Shown: positions 12,634 through 27,078 of the stretch, one piece after another
Position numbering within the stretch: the first letter of the stretch is position 1
Layout of the letters: each line of letters starts with the position of its first letter
NCBI GenBank assembly: GCA_038087875.1
Contig: CM075988.1
Coordinates: 6,884,001-6,948,000 of the forward strand
Reading direction: 5' to 3'
Length of the DNA: 64,000 nucleotides
From: Malacoraja senta
Taxonomy: Eukaryota
Made by a program: the position numbers and the translations under genes
The notes under the pieces: model-generated
Told to the model about the DNA's origin: nothing
Databases searched by the model: none
The model's input: only the letters and a program-made list of their open reading frames with translations

Positions 12634-14703
12634 AAATAAAATACTTCCCCCTAGTCCCATCTACCTGCACTCAGACCATACCCCTCCATTCCTTTCCCGT
12701 CCATATACCCATCCAATCTATTTTTAAAGGATAACATCGAACCTGCCTCCAGGGTTCGATCCTGACTACGGGTGCTGTCTGAACGGAGTTTGTACGTTCT
12801 CCCCATGACTGTGTGGGTTTTCTCCGAGTTCTTCGGCTTCCTCCCACACTCCAAAGACGTAGAGGTTTGTAGTGTAAATTGTTCCGAATGTGTGTGTGTA
12901 GGACGGTCGGCGTGAACTTGGAGGGCCGAAGGGCCTGTTTACCCGCTGCATCTCTAAACTAAGTCTGAAGAAGGGTCTCAAGAAAGGTTACACCATCATT
13001 TTGTGTCTATCTTAAACTAAATAGTACCTACCTCAACTACATTCTCTGGCAGCTCATCCATGTGCCTACCAATCTTTGTGTGGAAAAACAAGTTCCTATT
13101 ATATCTTTCCCCCTTCACCTTAAACCTATGTCCTCTGGTTCTTGATTCCCCTACTTTGGGTAAAACACTCTGTACATTTACCCTATCTATTTGTCTCATG
13201 ATCTTACACACTATGTGGTCACCCCTTATCCTCCTACGCTCCAAGGAATTAAGTCCTAGCCTGCTCAACCTTTCCCTATAACTCAGGCCCTCGAGGCCCG
13301 GCAACATCCTCGTAAATCTACTCTGCACTCTTCCTATAACAAGGTGACCCAAAACTGAACACAATACTCCAAATGTGGCCTCACAAAGGTTTTGTACAAT
13401 TGTAAGATGACCTCCCAATTTCTATACTCAGTACTCTGACTGAAGAAGGCCAATGTCCAAAAGCCTTCCTGATGACCCCATCCACCTGCGACGCCACTTT
13501 CAAGGACTTTGGAAAAATTGTAAATTGTCCCGAGTGTGTGGTGTAAGTGCACGGGGATCGCCGGTGGACGCGGTCTTGGTGGGCCGGAGGGCCTGCTTCC
13601 ATGCTGTATCTCTAAACTAAACTAAACTAAGAAAGCTATACTCTCAACTTTTTCTTTTCTGGTAACCATGTCTTTGTATTTCCCTTGTGTTGCAAGGGAA
13701 TACAAGGTCTAAACAAAAGCTTGCTCAATGTCCATTTTAACGCTATGGTCCCAGTGCAGGAAAGACCGAGTGATGAGACTTAGCTTTGTTTCAAAATAGA
13801 TTTTTCCATAGAAGACAGAGGGTTGTGGTGGAGGGGTTGTTATTGTGATGGGAAGTTTGTGACAATGGTGATCAGGGCTGGCACCTCTGCTGTTTGTGTT
13901 GTAGATATGTGATTTGGACAAAAATCATCCAATTACTAAGTTAGCAGATAATGAAAAAATGGTGGCGTAGTGGAGAGTGAGGAAGGTTGTGCAAGAATTC
14001 CTCAGGATACAGAGCAGTTGGAGCAGAGAAATGGGAGATAGAGTTTAATCTGAGATGTTGAATTGTGGGAGCCCCTGGGGGAAGCCCAGACACAGTGAGA
14101 ACGTACAAACTCCGTACAGACAGCACTCTTAGTCAGGATCGAACCCGAGTCTCTGACGTTGTAAAGCAGCAACTCTACCACAGCAACACTGTGCCACCCT
14201 ATGCTAAGGGATTATTGCTGATCTTTTTATCTGCACTTTCACTGAAACTGGAACACTGTTCTCTGCTCTGTCTCCTTTCTCTTTTTGCATTACCTGCTGT
14301 ACTCATGTATTGTTTGATTGTATACAACACATTAATGTGTACCATGGCTAGAACGTGAAACAGTTTACACTGTATCTCAGTAGATATGATGTTAATAAAG
14401 CAAAACATTAGTGATATGCCACATAGACAAAGAGGCTTACTTTTATTACAATTGCTCCATTATTTCACCCTTTGTTTTGCAAATCGGCCTGTTTACACAC
14501 TGTATGATTCTATGCGGAGTGTCCTGGCAAGCAGGCCCAACTCACCGCCATAGACCAGAGAAATTTTGTTTGTTCCATACTTTGCCTCCCCGACCTTCTC
14601 TGCCACCAAATTTGACTACGTTTCCTTCATGATTGTCTGCTTTGATCTGTTTTCATACCTTACCCTTCCATATCTCTAGTTTCCCTCTCCTCTGACTCTC
14701 AAT

Positions 14704-14731
14704 CTGAAGAAGGGTCTCGACCCGAAACGTC
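14704..14731 (+). ncRNA. Minimal hammerhead ribozyme motif in a Penelope-derived short repeat (representative copy)
   Basis: CTGAAGA-A-GGGT(CTCG)ACCC-GAAAC-GTC: hammerhead core boxes, stem II hairpin, palindromic ACGT in place of stem III, GUC cleavage triplet. Confidence 0.7.
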
Positions 14732-15219
14732 ACCCCATTCCTTCTCTCCAGAGATGCTGCCTGTCCCGCTAAGTTACTCCAGCATTTTGTGTCTATCTTC
14801 AGTATAAATCAGCATCTGCGGTTCCTCCCTACACATTAGTTTCTTTATTTCTTGGTGTTGACAAGGGGACTTGGGCCAGAAGTATAAACTGTTTTTCTTC
14901 CCACAGATACTGCATGCATGACCTGCAAGGTTTTCCAGCATTTTCTGATTTTAATTTTGGGATGTCCAGCTTCTGCATGCGTTTATTAAATAATTATCTG
15001 CACTCAGCGCAACTGCAGCGTGGAAGTCTAGAAGGTGCTCCAGTGCATGCTGCAGCCCACCAGCTGTTCTGCGTGTAAGGTAGCTGTTGGCTAGCAACTG
15101 CCAGCATATCAGTCATGCAGTCTGGCTCATTATCACATGAACATGAAGTTGGTGGGACTGATACCGGTTTATCACATTCCAGCAGGATAGTTCGACAACA
15201 AGAGGTCTTGCTAGAGCAT

Positions 15220-16215
15220 GTGTAGGAAGGAACTGCAGATATTGGTTTACACCGAAGATAGACTCAAAATTCTGGACTAACTCAGCGGGTCAGGAGGCAT
15301 CTCTGGGGAAAAACATTTTGTGTCGAAGCCCTTCTTCAGACTGAAAGTCGGGGGAGGGAAACTAGAGGTATGGAAAAGGTACCTTTTTTAATTTTTAAAA
15401 AGGCCAAAAGATGGTAAAAGGCCGTATGGGGGAGTCTAAGAGGAGTGGGACTATTGGAGACAGGGGAAGGGGTCATCACTGGAGGTGAAGACTCTTTCCC
15501 AATAGAAAAAGGCACAGAGGTGCAGGCGACCGAAGGAAAGCTCTACGTCGTGGCGGACCCAGAACTCGTTGAGGTGGGGGTCGGAGGGGAACAACCCCTT
15601 GCACTGCGGGGGAAGGGGGAAAGGGGACAGAGGGGAGCATATAACCCGGCTACAAAACTTCAGCAGGCAGCCAGGCAGTAACACTTCTGTTGGTGAATTT
15701 GGTATTAAACGACTTATCTCACCAAATATCTCCCCAAGGTTCACCTCTGATGTAACAAAGGACACAGTGCGGCAGATGATAACATACCTTCAAAAGTTAC
15801 AGGAAAGACATTACTTCGAAGATTTCAGTGCTGATATAGTTTGAAAGATTGTTCTGCAAGATGTCATTTTTGAGATGAGCGCAGTGATGCGTACAGTGTG
15901 TCTCGCTCTCAAAGCGCCAGAGGGTTTGGAGAAGGCACGGAAGTGATTTACCAGGAAATCAACAAACACCAGCTTCTGGTTTTCACCCAACAAACAGCAA
16001 ACAATGGCCTGTTTCCTTTATCATCGTTACGTTTTTGCATATCTTTTAATTATTGTTCTTTATCTCTCTACATCATTGTCTATATCTCTTGTTTCCCCTT
16101 ATCCCCGACTGAAGAAGGGTCTCCACCCAAAACGTCACCCTTTCCTTCTCTCCAGATGCTGGCTGCCTATCCTGCTGAGTTACTGCAGCTTTTTGCGCCT
16201 ATCTTTGATTTACCA
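15220..16215. mobile_element. Composite non-autonomous Penelope derivative (inverted pLTR pieces around an ORF N-terminal fragment)
   Basis: 15420-15600 on the minus strand encodes PHLNEFWVRHDVELSFGRLHLCAFF, homologous to the upstream frame of the element at 24481. Hammerhead-bearing repeats in opposite orientation at both ends. Confidence 0.6.
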
Positions 16216-19200
16216 GGCAGCTGTGTGGATTAAAGGGTAGAACCAAGGAACTGCAAATATTGGCTTGCAAAACAAAGACACAGAGTGCTGGAGTAACTCA
16301 GCGGATCAGGCAGCATCTCTGGAGAACATGGATGGTGATGTTTCAATCTAAAGAAGAGTCTCGACCCGAGACATCACCTATCCATGTTCTCCGGGGATGC
16401 TGCCTGACCCGCTGAGTTACTCCAACACTCTGTGTCTTTGGGTTAGAGGGTATTAGTTACACGGAGAAGTCAGACAAACTTGGATTGTTTCCTCTGGAGT
16501 GTCAGAGACTCCCAAGAGACACGACAAGTATTTCAAATTATGAGAGGCAAGATCGGGTAAACAGTCAAACTTTATTCCCTGGGTGGAGATGTGGAAGATG
16601 AGACTGTGTTGCTTTAAGCTAAGACCCACTGAGCTTCTCCAGCACGTTGCGTTTTGCCAAGTCTGAAGAAGAGTCCCGACCTGAAATGTCACCTGTCCAT
16701 TCCCTCCACAGATGCTGCCTGACCCGCCGAGTTACTCCAGCACTTTGTGTCTTGAGATAGAGTAGTGTCTGGTGAGGTTATGGAGGTGGATGTAGACTGT
16801 AGAGGTCAAGACATGAATAAATGAAGCTCATCGTGGGGTCAGACTCGACAACAGGAGCAGGAGTGGCCAGGTTCAGCTTCAGCGAGTTGCGAGAGAGGTG
16901 AATAGAGTCAGTAGTTGAGGACCAGCCCAAGGAGCAAAGGGAGTGACTTTGGTCTTTCCAATATTTACTCTGAATTTTCTACTGGTAGAGTGAGGAATCT
17001 GACAGAGACAATGTTGGGTCAAGAAAGGTAATGTTTAGACACAGCACAGTGGCGGAGTTCTAGATTTGCTATCTTACGGCACCAGAGACCCGTGCTTTAT
17101 TCTGACTACAGGTGCTGTCTGTACCGAGTTTGTACATTCTCCCTGTGACCCCGTGGGTTTTCCCTGGGTGCACTGGTTTCCTCCCACTTTCCAAAGACAC
17201 ACAGGTTTGTAGGTTAATTGACTTTGGTAACAAAAAAGATTGTAAATTGTCCCTAGTGTGTAGGATAGAGCTAGTGTACAGGGTGTCGCTGGTCCGCGCA
17301 GACTCAATGGGCCAAAGGGCCTGTTTCTGTGCTGTATCTCTAAACTAAACTAAATTAGTTTAGAAATACAGCAGGGAAATAGGTCCTTCGGCCCACCAAG
17401 TCCACTCTAAACATTGATCACCCGTTCGCACTAGTTCTATGGTATCCCATTTTCTTATTTTACTCCCGACACACTAGGGGCAATTTTCTTTTTTTTACAC
17501 AGGCTAATTAACCTGCAAACCTGCAAGTTTTGGGGATGTGGGAGGAAACCGGAGCATCCAGAGGAAGCCTACGTGGTCACAGGAAGAAAGTGCAAACTCC
17601 GCACAGGCAGCACCCGAGATCAGGATCGAACCCGGGTCGCTGGTACTGTGAGGCAGCAGCTCTATTGGCTGCGGCACTCTGCTGTCTTTACATCCCTGAG
17701 AGCAATGTGAGTTTTGGGCATAGTTAGAGCAACTGTGACCAAGTAACTGTGGTCAGACACCACAATGTAAGTGATTATCTGCTCAAGCTCACATGACTTT
17801 GGGGCACTTGTCTTCAGTGTATAATCCAACATACAGTGTACTGCTGAGAGTGTCTCGAATTTATCTCAGTGAATCTGCTGCACCTATGACCAAACCCACC
17901 AACTATCTTTAATCGGACCTTATTGGACTTTATCTTGCACTAAACGTTATTCCCTTTATCCTGTATCTGTACACCATGGACGGCTCGACTGTAACCGTGT
18001 ATAGTCTTTCCACTGACTGGCTAGCACGCAACAAAAGCTTTTCAGTGTATCACGGTACACGTGACAATAATAAACGAAGCTAAACACAAGGAAGAAATCA
18101 GCAGATCCTGACAGTCTCTGCAGTGGCACATTTTAATATTTGTATTCGTGATATTCTGCTGACACACAAAGGCTTATTTACTGTGCAGCCGACCCTCTTG
18201 AACTCTTGCTCAAGATGAAAACGCAAATACTGGCAGATAGAACTGCCGTCAAATGCAATAATAAACCATAAATCCCCAGATAATGCTCATCTCTGTTTCA
18301 TCTCAACAACAGATCCATTGGCCAGAACTCAGCCACGGAGACCTCCACAATTAGATCAAAGCGGTTCAGAGAGACAACATCTGACTAAACTTATGGCTGT
18401 GCTGCACACCAGGATCGATTTAATCCCCAAATTAACTTGGACTCTGGCCCTTGCTACTGTAATTAAATATTAGACATTGTATGGCAGGTAGTGTAACAGA
18501 CCCCATGACGTGATTTAACATTGCTGTGCTGAAAACCTCGCTGATAATTTGGCCACATATCTTGCCGACATCTCTCGCATTGATCAGAGAACACAACCAT
18601 GACCTCCCAGAAAATATACGGCAGGTTAACATACGAAGAGTGTTCTGGGCCTGAACTCGCAGGAGTTTAGAAGGATGAAGGGACACCTCATTGAAACTTA
18701 CTGAATAGTGAAAGACCTGGATAGAGTGGATGTGGAGAGGCTGTTTCCACTAGTCTAGGACCAGTGGGCGCAGCCTCAGAATAAAAGGACGTATCATTAG
18801 AAAGGAGTTAAGGAGGAATTTCTTTAGTCAGAGGGTGGTGAATCTGTGGAATTCATTGTCATAGGTGGCTGTGGAGGCCAAGTTATAGGGTATTTTTAAA
18901 GTAGAGATTGACAGGTTATTGATTTGTGAGTGTGTCAAAGGTTGTAGGGAGGCATGAGAATGGGGTTGAGAGGGAAAGATAGATCAGCCATAATTGAATG
19001 GCGGAATAGACTCGATGGACTGAATGGCCTAATTCTGTTCTTATGACTTATGAAGGCCGAAACCCTTCTTCAGACTGATGTAGGGTGGGCGGGGGGCGGG
19101 AAGAAGAAAGGAAGAGGAGGAGCCAGAGGGCTGAGGGAGAGCTGAGAAGGGGAGGAGACAGCAAGGGCTACCGGAAATTGGAGAAGTCAATGTTCAAGCC

Positions 19201-22200
19201 GCTGGGGTGCAGACTGAGGTGCTGCTCCTCCAATTTCCGGTGGTGCGGTGGTGCTCACTCTGGCCATGGAGGAGGCCCAGAACAGAAAGGTCGGATTCGG
19301 AATGGGAGGGGGAGTTGAAGTGCTGAGCCACAGGGAAATCCTGACTTAAAAATCTTGAGATCCTGACTTAAAATTCTCCTGAGATAGATTTATAGAGTAA
19401 GGGGGTGTAGAAACAGGCCCTTCGGCCCAACTCATCCATACTAACCTAGATGCCCCATCTAAAAAAATTTAATTTTCCAGCATTTGGTCCATATACCTTT
19501 AAACCTTCCCAATCCATATACCTGAACAAGTGTCTTCTAAATGTTGTTGTTGTACCTGTATCAACTACCTCCTCTAGGAGCTCATTCCTTATACCCACCA
19601 CCCTCTGTTATCTCTTAAATCCTGGAAATCATTGATATAGTTGGCTCAAAACCAACGAGGAAGAGAGTTGAGACCTGCTTATGTATGGACTTTGAGTATC
19701 AGGCACTTAACCTACACATGATGCTTTGTAAGTTGTTATGTAAAGAACAAGGATGTTTGAGTGCTTTCGCTGAATGTGCTATTTTTAAAGTATTTAGCGT
19801 AGTTTAGTGATACAGCATGGAAACAGGCCCTTCGGCCCACCGAGACGGCGCCGACCAAAGATCACCCTTTCACACTGGTTCTTTCCTACGCACTAGGGAC
19901 AATTTGCAGAACCCAATTAACCTACAAACCTGCACGTCTTTGGGATGTGGGGGGAAACCGGAGAAATCCCACACTGTCACAGGGAGAACGTGCAAACTCC
20001 ATACAGACAGCACCCGTAGTCAGGATCGAACCTGGGTCTCTGGCGCTGTAAGGCAGCAACTCTACCGTTGCGCCACTGTACCGCCCTATTATATTTAATA
20101 AAGCAAAGCAAACCTAAGACTATCACTCAGCACTGTCATCTTGTCTGCTGCCCTGTTATAGAGGTTTAAAACACAACAAACCAATTCAGCTTTATTGACT
20201 TTTACTGGGCAATCCTGCATTAATTACACTGACCTGTGCTCTTCCTGTAGTTGATTATTTTCCTATTTTTCAAACAATTTTCATTTATTTTGTGACATGA
20301 ATTCACTCTGTTGCAGACCATTCAGTCCATCATGTCCATGGCAGCTAAAACATATTTAGGTTAACCTTAGTTCCTAAGTTTGCAGCATTGGAGGCCAGAA
20401 GTGTTAATCAAGGTCGTTTTTTAAGTGTGATGAGTGTTTCTGCCTTCACCAGCCTTTCAGGCGGCAAGTTTCAAATTCTAAACACTTTAAAAAGGCAAGT
20501 ACATCCCCGCTAACTTCCCCTGTAATACTTCTACCAATTATCAAAGTCTGAAGAAGGGTGCTGACTTGAAACATCACCGATCCATGTTCTCCAGAAATGC
20601 TACCTGACCCACCAAGTTACTCCAGCACTTTGTGAGTGTCTTTTTTTAACCGATTATCAAATATAGTTGGTGACCTTATCTACTAAAGACTGCTTTGAGC
20701 AAGGATATTGAGATCACTCCCACCATTCACTTTTACAGTGGTCACCCTATCAACATCACTGGTTGGTTATCTGTCATTATGGCATGTATGTTTGAGCAAG
20801 CACAGTGTTTCAGACCAATGCTGCATTTCTTACCTAAGAAAGGATCAGTAGGTCTCGACCCTAAACGTCGCCCATTCCTTCTCTCCAGAGATGCTGCCTC
20901 ACCCGCTGAGTTACTCCAGCATTTTGTGTCTACCTTCGATTTAAACCAGCATCTGCAGTTCTTTCTTACACAGTTAGATCCCTATATAGTGAGGGGTGAC
21001 CTTATAAAGATATAGAGGATCATGAGGATACATATCAGGGAAGATATTGTGATGTATTGACTTGGAGAAGACATAGTGAAGCCAAATGAAGTGTATTGTC
21101 TTCTGTACAAATATGGTGAGACGTAGGTAGAATGAAAATGTTGTGCTTGCAGCAGCATCACAGGCACACGGATTCGGACAACACACAAAAACATAAATTA
21201 CACATAAATGACACTTGAATTATACATAACCTATACATAAATTACACATAAATTCTACAAGACAGTGAAAAGAAGCAAGACATTAGAGCAAATACAATTA
21301 GAAAACAGGCTCATAATAGTATAAGAGATGGCTGGTGATTTAAAACTGAGGCATTCAAATTCCTTTTCTCAAAATTGTGGTGAATCTCTGAAATCCTCTG
21401 CCCCAGAGGGCTGTGGAGGCTAGAACGTTAGAGGTTTTAAGGGGAAGGTAATTAGATTAATGAAGGACGGGGGAACTGGCACAGAGGGAGGTTGTGCCAG
21501 CATAGATCAGCCATGATCATGCAGAATAGTGTGGTTGGTGGCCAACTCCCGAATGGTAGTTAAATAGAATGCCTAACGGTAGTTAAGTGGTGGTGTTCAA
21601 TAGTTTGTGGTTATTGGTGGTGATTAATGGTAATTAGTCATGATTGTTTGTTAGTAGTGGTGGTTAGCAGTGTGGTGGAATGGTTGGATGGCTGGGCCAA
21701 ATCCTGCTCCTAATTTCTTGTATTCCTATCGCATTAGGTTGTTGTATCCATACGGATGTTGGGGTAATACATATCATGGGTGGAGAATTAGTGAAAATAG
21801 TGAAAGCAGAGTCTAAGAATAAATAGATTTTCTTCCGATTATCTGGAGCTTTTTTCAGTTCTGTTGTAGGGTCCAGGACCTAAAATGTTCATGGTCTGAA
21901 GAAGGGTCTCGACCCGAAATGTCACCCATTCCTTCTCTCCGGAGATGCTGCCTGTCCCGCTGAGTTACTCCAGCATTTTGTGTCTATCTGTGGTGTCTCT
22001 TTCTACCATTTTGCATTCTATTTAACTACCATTCAGGATTTGGCCACCTACCCCATCATTCTGCATGATCATAGCTGATCTATGCTGGCCCAACCTCCCT
22101 CTGTGCCAGTTCCCCCATCCTTCAATAATCTTTCTCTTCCCACCGACGTTCCCTGACCTGCTGAGTGTTCCCAATGTCTTTTGTTTTTATTTCAGATTTC

Positions 22201-23085
22201 CAGCATCTGCACTTTTGGTTTGACCTTTCTCAGCTTAGAGAATGTTGACTCCACGAGAAGCAGGTCACCTGCTCCTACTGCTCCCATTGAAAGATGCTTT
22301 CATGTTCATGAAGTCATGGGAGTGGTATTAGGCCATTCGGTCCATCGAGTCTACACCGCCATTCAATCATGGCTGTTCTATCTATCGGGCCTTCTCCCCG
22401 TAACCCTGCACACCTGAAGTCCCCTCACAATTCTACGCACTTTACTTTCTTCAAGGTTCCATATTTTGCCACCATGTTTAGCCTGAAGCTCCATCAACTT
22501 CTTCTTTAGCCCAACAGCTCAATGTATGAGGACATTTATTTTGATTTATCTTCATTCTCTTGGGACAATTTAAATTTAATTTAGTTGAGCGCTACAACGC
22601 TGTAACAGGCCCTTCAGCCCACTGAGCCCGTGCCGAAAAAGCGATCCCCATACGCTAACTAGCACCATCCTACACACTAGGGACAATTTACAATTTTACC
22701 AAAGACAATTAACCTGTACGTCTTTGGAGTGTGGAAGAAAACCCACGTGGTCACGGAGAAAACTCCGTACAGACACCGTGCGCAGTCAGAATGGAACCCA
22801 GGTCTCAGTTGCTGTAAGGCAGCAACTCTACCGCTACGTCACTGTGCCATCTCATTGGAAGGCAAAGAAATAGTAAAATGAAAATAAAAACACTGATATT
22901 GCGGATCTGAAATAAAAATATTGACTGCTGGAATTGCAAGCGGCATAGATTGAACCAGCATCTCTATCGATGTTTAATTGCCTCCAGTATTCGTGGCATG
23001 TGGGTGTGCAGCTTTGATCTGAGCTGTTGTTCTATTTATAGCATGCTGTTTGTTCTGCCATGTTGTCCTTTGGTTCAAACACTTA

Positions 23086-23668
23086 AAGGCCTGTCTCGCG
23101 AGTCTGCGGTCATTGGAGGCGAAACAGGAAGAATCTACTGCTCCTGGGCCGCCATAGACCGCGCACTCGGTCAAACGCACAATTCCGGGGCCGTGCGGCG
23201 TTGTTCCCAACAACGCACGGTGCTAAAATAAAACCAACACTGTTCAAAAATATGTCCCTACCGCACAGCCTCCGCCAGTGAGGGACGAGTGCGGCACGGC
23301 CGCCGCCACAGCCACCGCCAGTGTGGCTCGAGCGCCGTGCGTCGAACTTGCACCGCCATAGCGTCCGCCAGTGAGGCACGTGTGCGGCACGGCCGCAGCC
23401 ACAGCCACCGCTACAGCGCCACGATCAGCACGGCCGCCGCCACAGCCCCGCAGATCCAAAATGACGTCATCGCAGTCGGCCCGCCCTTTTTTTAACTTAC
23501 CCCAAGCTCGTGGGACCAGCCGTATTTAAATTACTCGGCCCCCGCGCAGCATCCGTGCGGCGCTCCCGTGGCATAGGCTCGGCGCTCTCGCCGTTGCCGT
23601 GCGGTCCCCTCTACAGGCGAAGCCGCGCTTCACCGCCGATGACCGCAACGCCCTGAGACAGAGCCTTT
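23086..23668. mobile_element. GC-rich MITE-like element with imperfect terminal inverted repeats
   Basis: Ends AAGGCCTGTCTC..TGCGGTCAT and ATGACCGCA..GAGACAGAGCCTT, with TTA/TAA flanks and an internal ~45-bp tandem duplication. Confidence 0.55.
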
Positions 23669-24480
23669 ATACTTTCGGTTTCCCTGCTGTTGCTCCTGGT
23701 CTACATTCTAGCATGAATCAAGGTGTGGCCCCTTGCAGAATGATGGAGAGAAGGAATCAATGGATACTGAGATAATGCTGCTGTTGATGGTTCACATTTG
23801 CCTCACAGCTATCCAGTTTTGAGGAACCAGATGTTCCAACACTACGCCGTCCAGCGTAGAGGTACTGCCAGGCAACGTGATGGAAGATGTTAGACACAAA
23901 ATGCTGGAGGAACTCAGCAGGTCAGGAAGCACCTCTGGAGAAAAGGAATAGGTGACGTTTCGGGTCGAGACCCTTCTTCAGACTGAGCCCACACTCTGAA
24001 GATGGGTCTCAATCCGATACATCACCTGTTCATTTTCTCCAGAGATTTTCTCCAGAGACACTGAGGTACTCCAGCTTTTTGCGTCTATCTTCGGTGTAAA
24101 TCAGCATCTGCAGTTCCTTCTTACACTGATGATGGATTTGGTTTTAGCATCATCTTTGGCACAGACATTGTGGGCCAAAGGACCTGTTTCTGAGCTGTAC
24201 TGTCCTCCATCCAACTGTCTCAAAGACAACCTGGCAGCTGTACTTGTCAGGATACACCCTCTGTAGTCAGCGGTGATGCTATTGAAACAGTATTAGTAAT
24301 GGTCATGAACATTTTCCAACCAGAGTCTTGCAGTACCTTCACTGCTCTCAGCACAGTATGGTGCATCAGTGGAAGTTGGTAAGAGTCGTTGGAGACATGC
24401 TGAATTTCCTTAGTTTCGTGAGAATGTAAAGATGTTGGTGTGCTTACATTTACACCTATGATCTTGAAGCAGTTCCACTG

Positions 24481-27078
24481 AATCTTCCCCACCCCTCTCT
24501 AACTATGGGACCCCTGCTCTTCCCCACCCACACTGCAGCCCTCTCACCCCCCCACCCCCTGACCACCCACCACCCCCCACCCACCCACCACACATCGCCT
24601 CGTCCCCATTCCACCCACCGGCCCTCCTCCGGCCCCAACCCCCATCCCTGCCGGGTGTTCACCATCACCCCCCGACCTCCCCCTCTCCGACATCGAACGG
24701 TCTGTCCTCAGCAGAGGTCTTACCTTTGTCCCCCTCCGTCCCCACCTCAATGGGTTCCGCGCCCTCCATGACTTGGAACTCTTCTACCGTCGCCTCCGCC
24801 TCACAGCGTACTACCATGGGAAGGAGTCCTCGCCCCCCACTGATGTCCCCTTTTCCCGTCTCCAACGCACCCCCTCCTCGTGGAACCCCCCTCGTGGCCT
24901 TCCGGCTTTAGAACTCTTTATCAAAAACTGCCGCCGTGACATCCACCGCCTCAACTTCTCCACTCCCCTGTCTCACTCCAATCTCTCCCCCCCCTGAACG
25001 CACTGCCATCGACTCACTCCGCAACAACCCAGATTGGGTTATCAAACCCGCCGACAAGGGAGGTGCCGTGGTAGTCTGGCGCGTCGATCTCTACAAAGCT
25101 GAGGCCACGCGCCAACTCTCGGACACCTCCTCCTACTTACCCCTGGACCATGACCCCACTGACGAGCACCAGGCCACCATCTCCAGCACCATCATCGACT
25201 TCATCAACTCCCATGCCCTGCCCGACCGAGCCTCCAACCTCATCGTTCCCCAGCCCCGCACGGCCCGTTTTTACCTTCTCCCCAAAATCCACAAACCTGA
25301 CTGTCCCGGTAGACCTATTGTCTCTGCCTGTTCGTGCCCCACCGAACTCATTTCCACCTACCTTGACTCCATCCTATCCCCCTTGGTTAAATCCCTCCCT
25401 ACCTATGTTCAAGACACCTCAGACACTCTCCGTCGTCTCCGCGCATTCCATTCTCTAGGCCCTCATCCCCTCATCTTCACCATGGACGTCCAGTCACTCT
25501 ACACCTCCATCCCCCACCAGGATGGTCTCGAAGCCCTCCGGTTCTTCCTCGACCAGAGAAGCAATCTATACCCGGCCACTGACACCCTCCTCCGCCTAGC
25601 GGAGCTGGTCCTTACCCTCAATAACTTCTCGTTTGACTCCTCCCATTTCCTCCAAATACAAGGCGTAGCTATGGGCACACGCATGGGCCCCAGCTACGCC
25701 TGCCTCTTTGTCGGGTACGTAGAACAATCCTTGTTCAATACGTACCAGGGCCCCATCCCCGACCTCTACCTCCGCTACATCGACGACTGCTTTGGTGCCA
25801 CCTCCTGCACCCACACACAACTGACTGACTTCATCCGCTTCACCACCAACTTCCATCCGGCACTCAAATACACCTGGACCATTTCCGACACTTCCCTACC
25901 ATTCTTTGCCCTCACTATCTCCATCGCAGGTGATAGACTTCTTACCGACATCCACTATAAACCTTCTGACTCCCATGGCTATCTGGACTACACTTCTTCC
26001 CACCCTGCTTCCTGTAAGGACTCCATCCCCTACTCCCAATTCCTCCGTCTACGCCGCATCTGCTCCCAGGATGAGGCGTTCCACACCAGGGCATCCGAAA
26101 TGTCCTCATTCTTCAGGGAACGGGGGTTCCCCTCCTCCACCATACATGAGGCTCGCACCAGGGTCTCTTCCATACCCCGCAACACTGCTCTCTCTCTCCA
26201 TCCCCCCACTCGCAACAAGGGCAGAGTCCCCCTAGTCCTCACCTTTCACCCCACCAGCCGTCACATACAACAAGTAATCCTCCGTCAGTTTCGCCACCTC
26301 CAATGTGACCCCACCACTCGCCACATCTTCCCATCTCCCCCCATGTCTGCCTTCCGCAAAGACCGCTCCCTCCGTAACTCCCTTGTCAATTCTTCCCTTC
26401 CCTCCCGTACCACCCCCTCCCCAGGCACTTTCCCTTGCAACCGCAAGAGATGCAACACTTGTCCCTTCACCTCCCCCCTCGACTCCATTCAAGGACCCAA
26501 GCAGTCATTCCAGGTGCGACAGAGGTTCACCTGCATCTCCCCCAACCTCATCTATTGTATCCGCTGCTCTAGATGTCAGCTGATCTACTTCGGTGAGACC
26601 AAGCGGAGGCTTGGCGATCGTTTCGCCGAACACCTCCGCTCGGTCCGCAATAACCAACCTGACCTACCGGTGGCTCAGAACTTCAACTCCCATTCCGTAT
26701 CCGACCTCTCTGTCCTGGGTCTCCTCCATGGCCAGAGTGAGCAACACCGGAAATTGGAGGAAATGCACCTCATATTCCGTCCGCTTGGGTAGTCTGCATC
26801 CTGGGGGCATGAACATTGAATTCTCCCAATTTTGCTAGCCCTTGCTGTCTCCTCCCCTTCCTCAGCCCTCGGGCTGTCTCCTCCCATCCCTCAGCTCTCG
26901 GGCTCCTCCTCCGTCTTTTTCCTTTCTTCTCCCCACCCCCCCATCAGTCTGAAGAAGGGTTTCGGCCCGAAACGTTGCCTATTTCCTTCGCTCCATAGAT
27001 GCTGCTGCACCCGCTGAGTTTCTCCAGCATTTTTGTGTACCTTCGATTTTCCAGCATCTGCACTTCCTTCTTAAACAC
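24481..27078 (+). mobile_element. Penelope-like retroelement, near-intact RT + GIY-YIG endonuclease
   Basis: 618-aa ORF 24936-26792 with IKPADKG, LLPKIHK, QGVAMGTRMGPSYA, YIDD and LIYCIRC..YFGETKRRLGDRFAEH. Upstream frame 24773-24997 is joined by a frameshift in a C run. 3' pLTR carries a hammerhead at ~26949-26977. Confidence 0.93.

Noticed and set aside
22950..23090. ORF containing GMWVCS and CCPL, reminiscent of ATE1 exons 2-3
   Set aside because: Spacing is wrong, RRSG and YKP are missing, and there are no matching splice sites.
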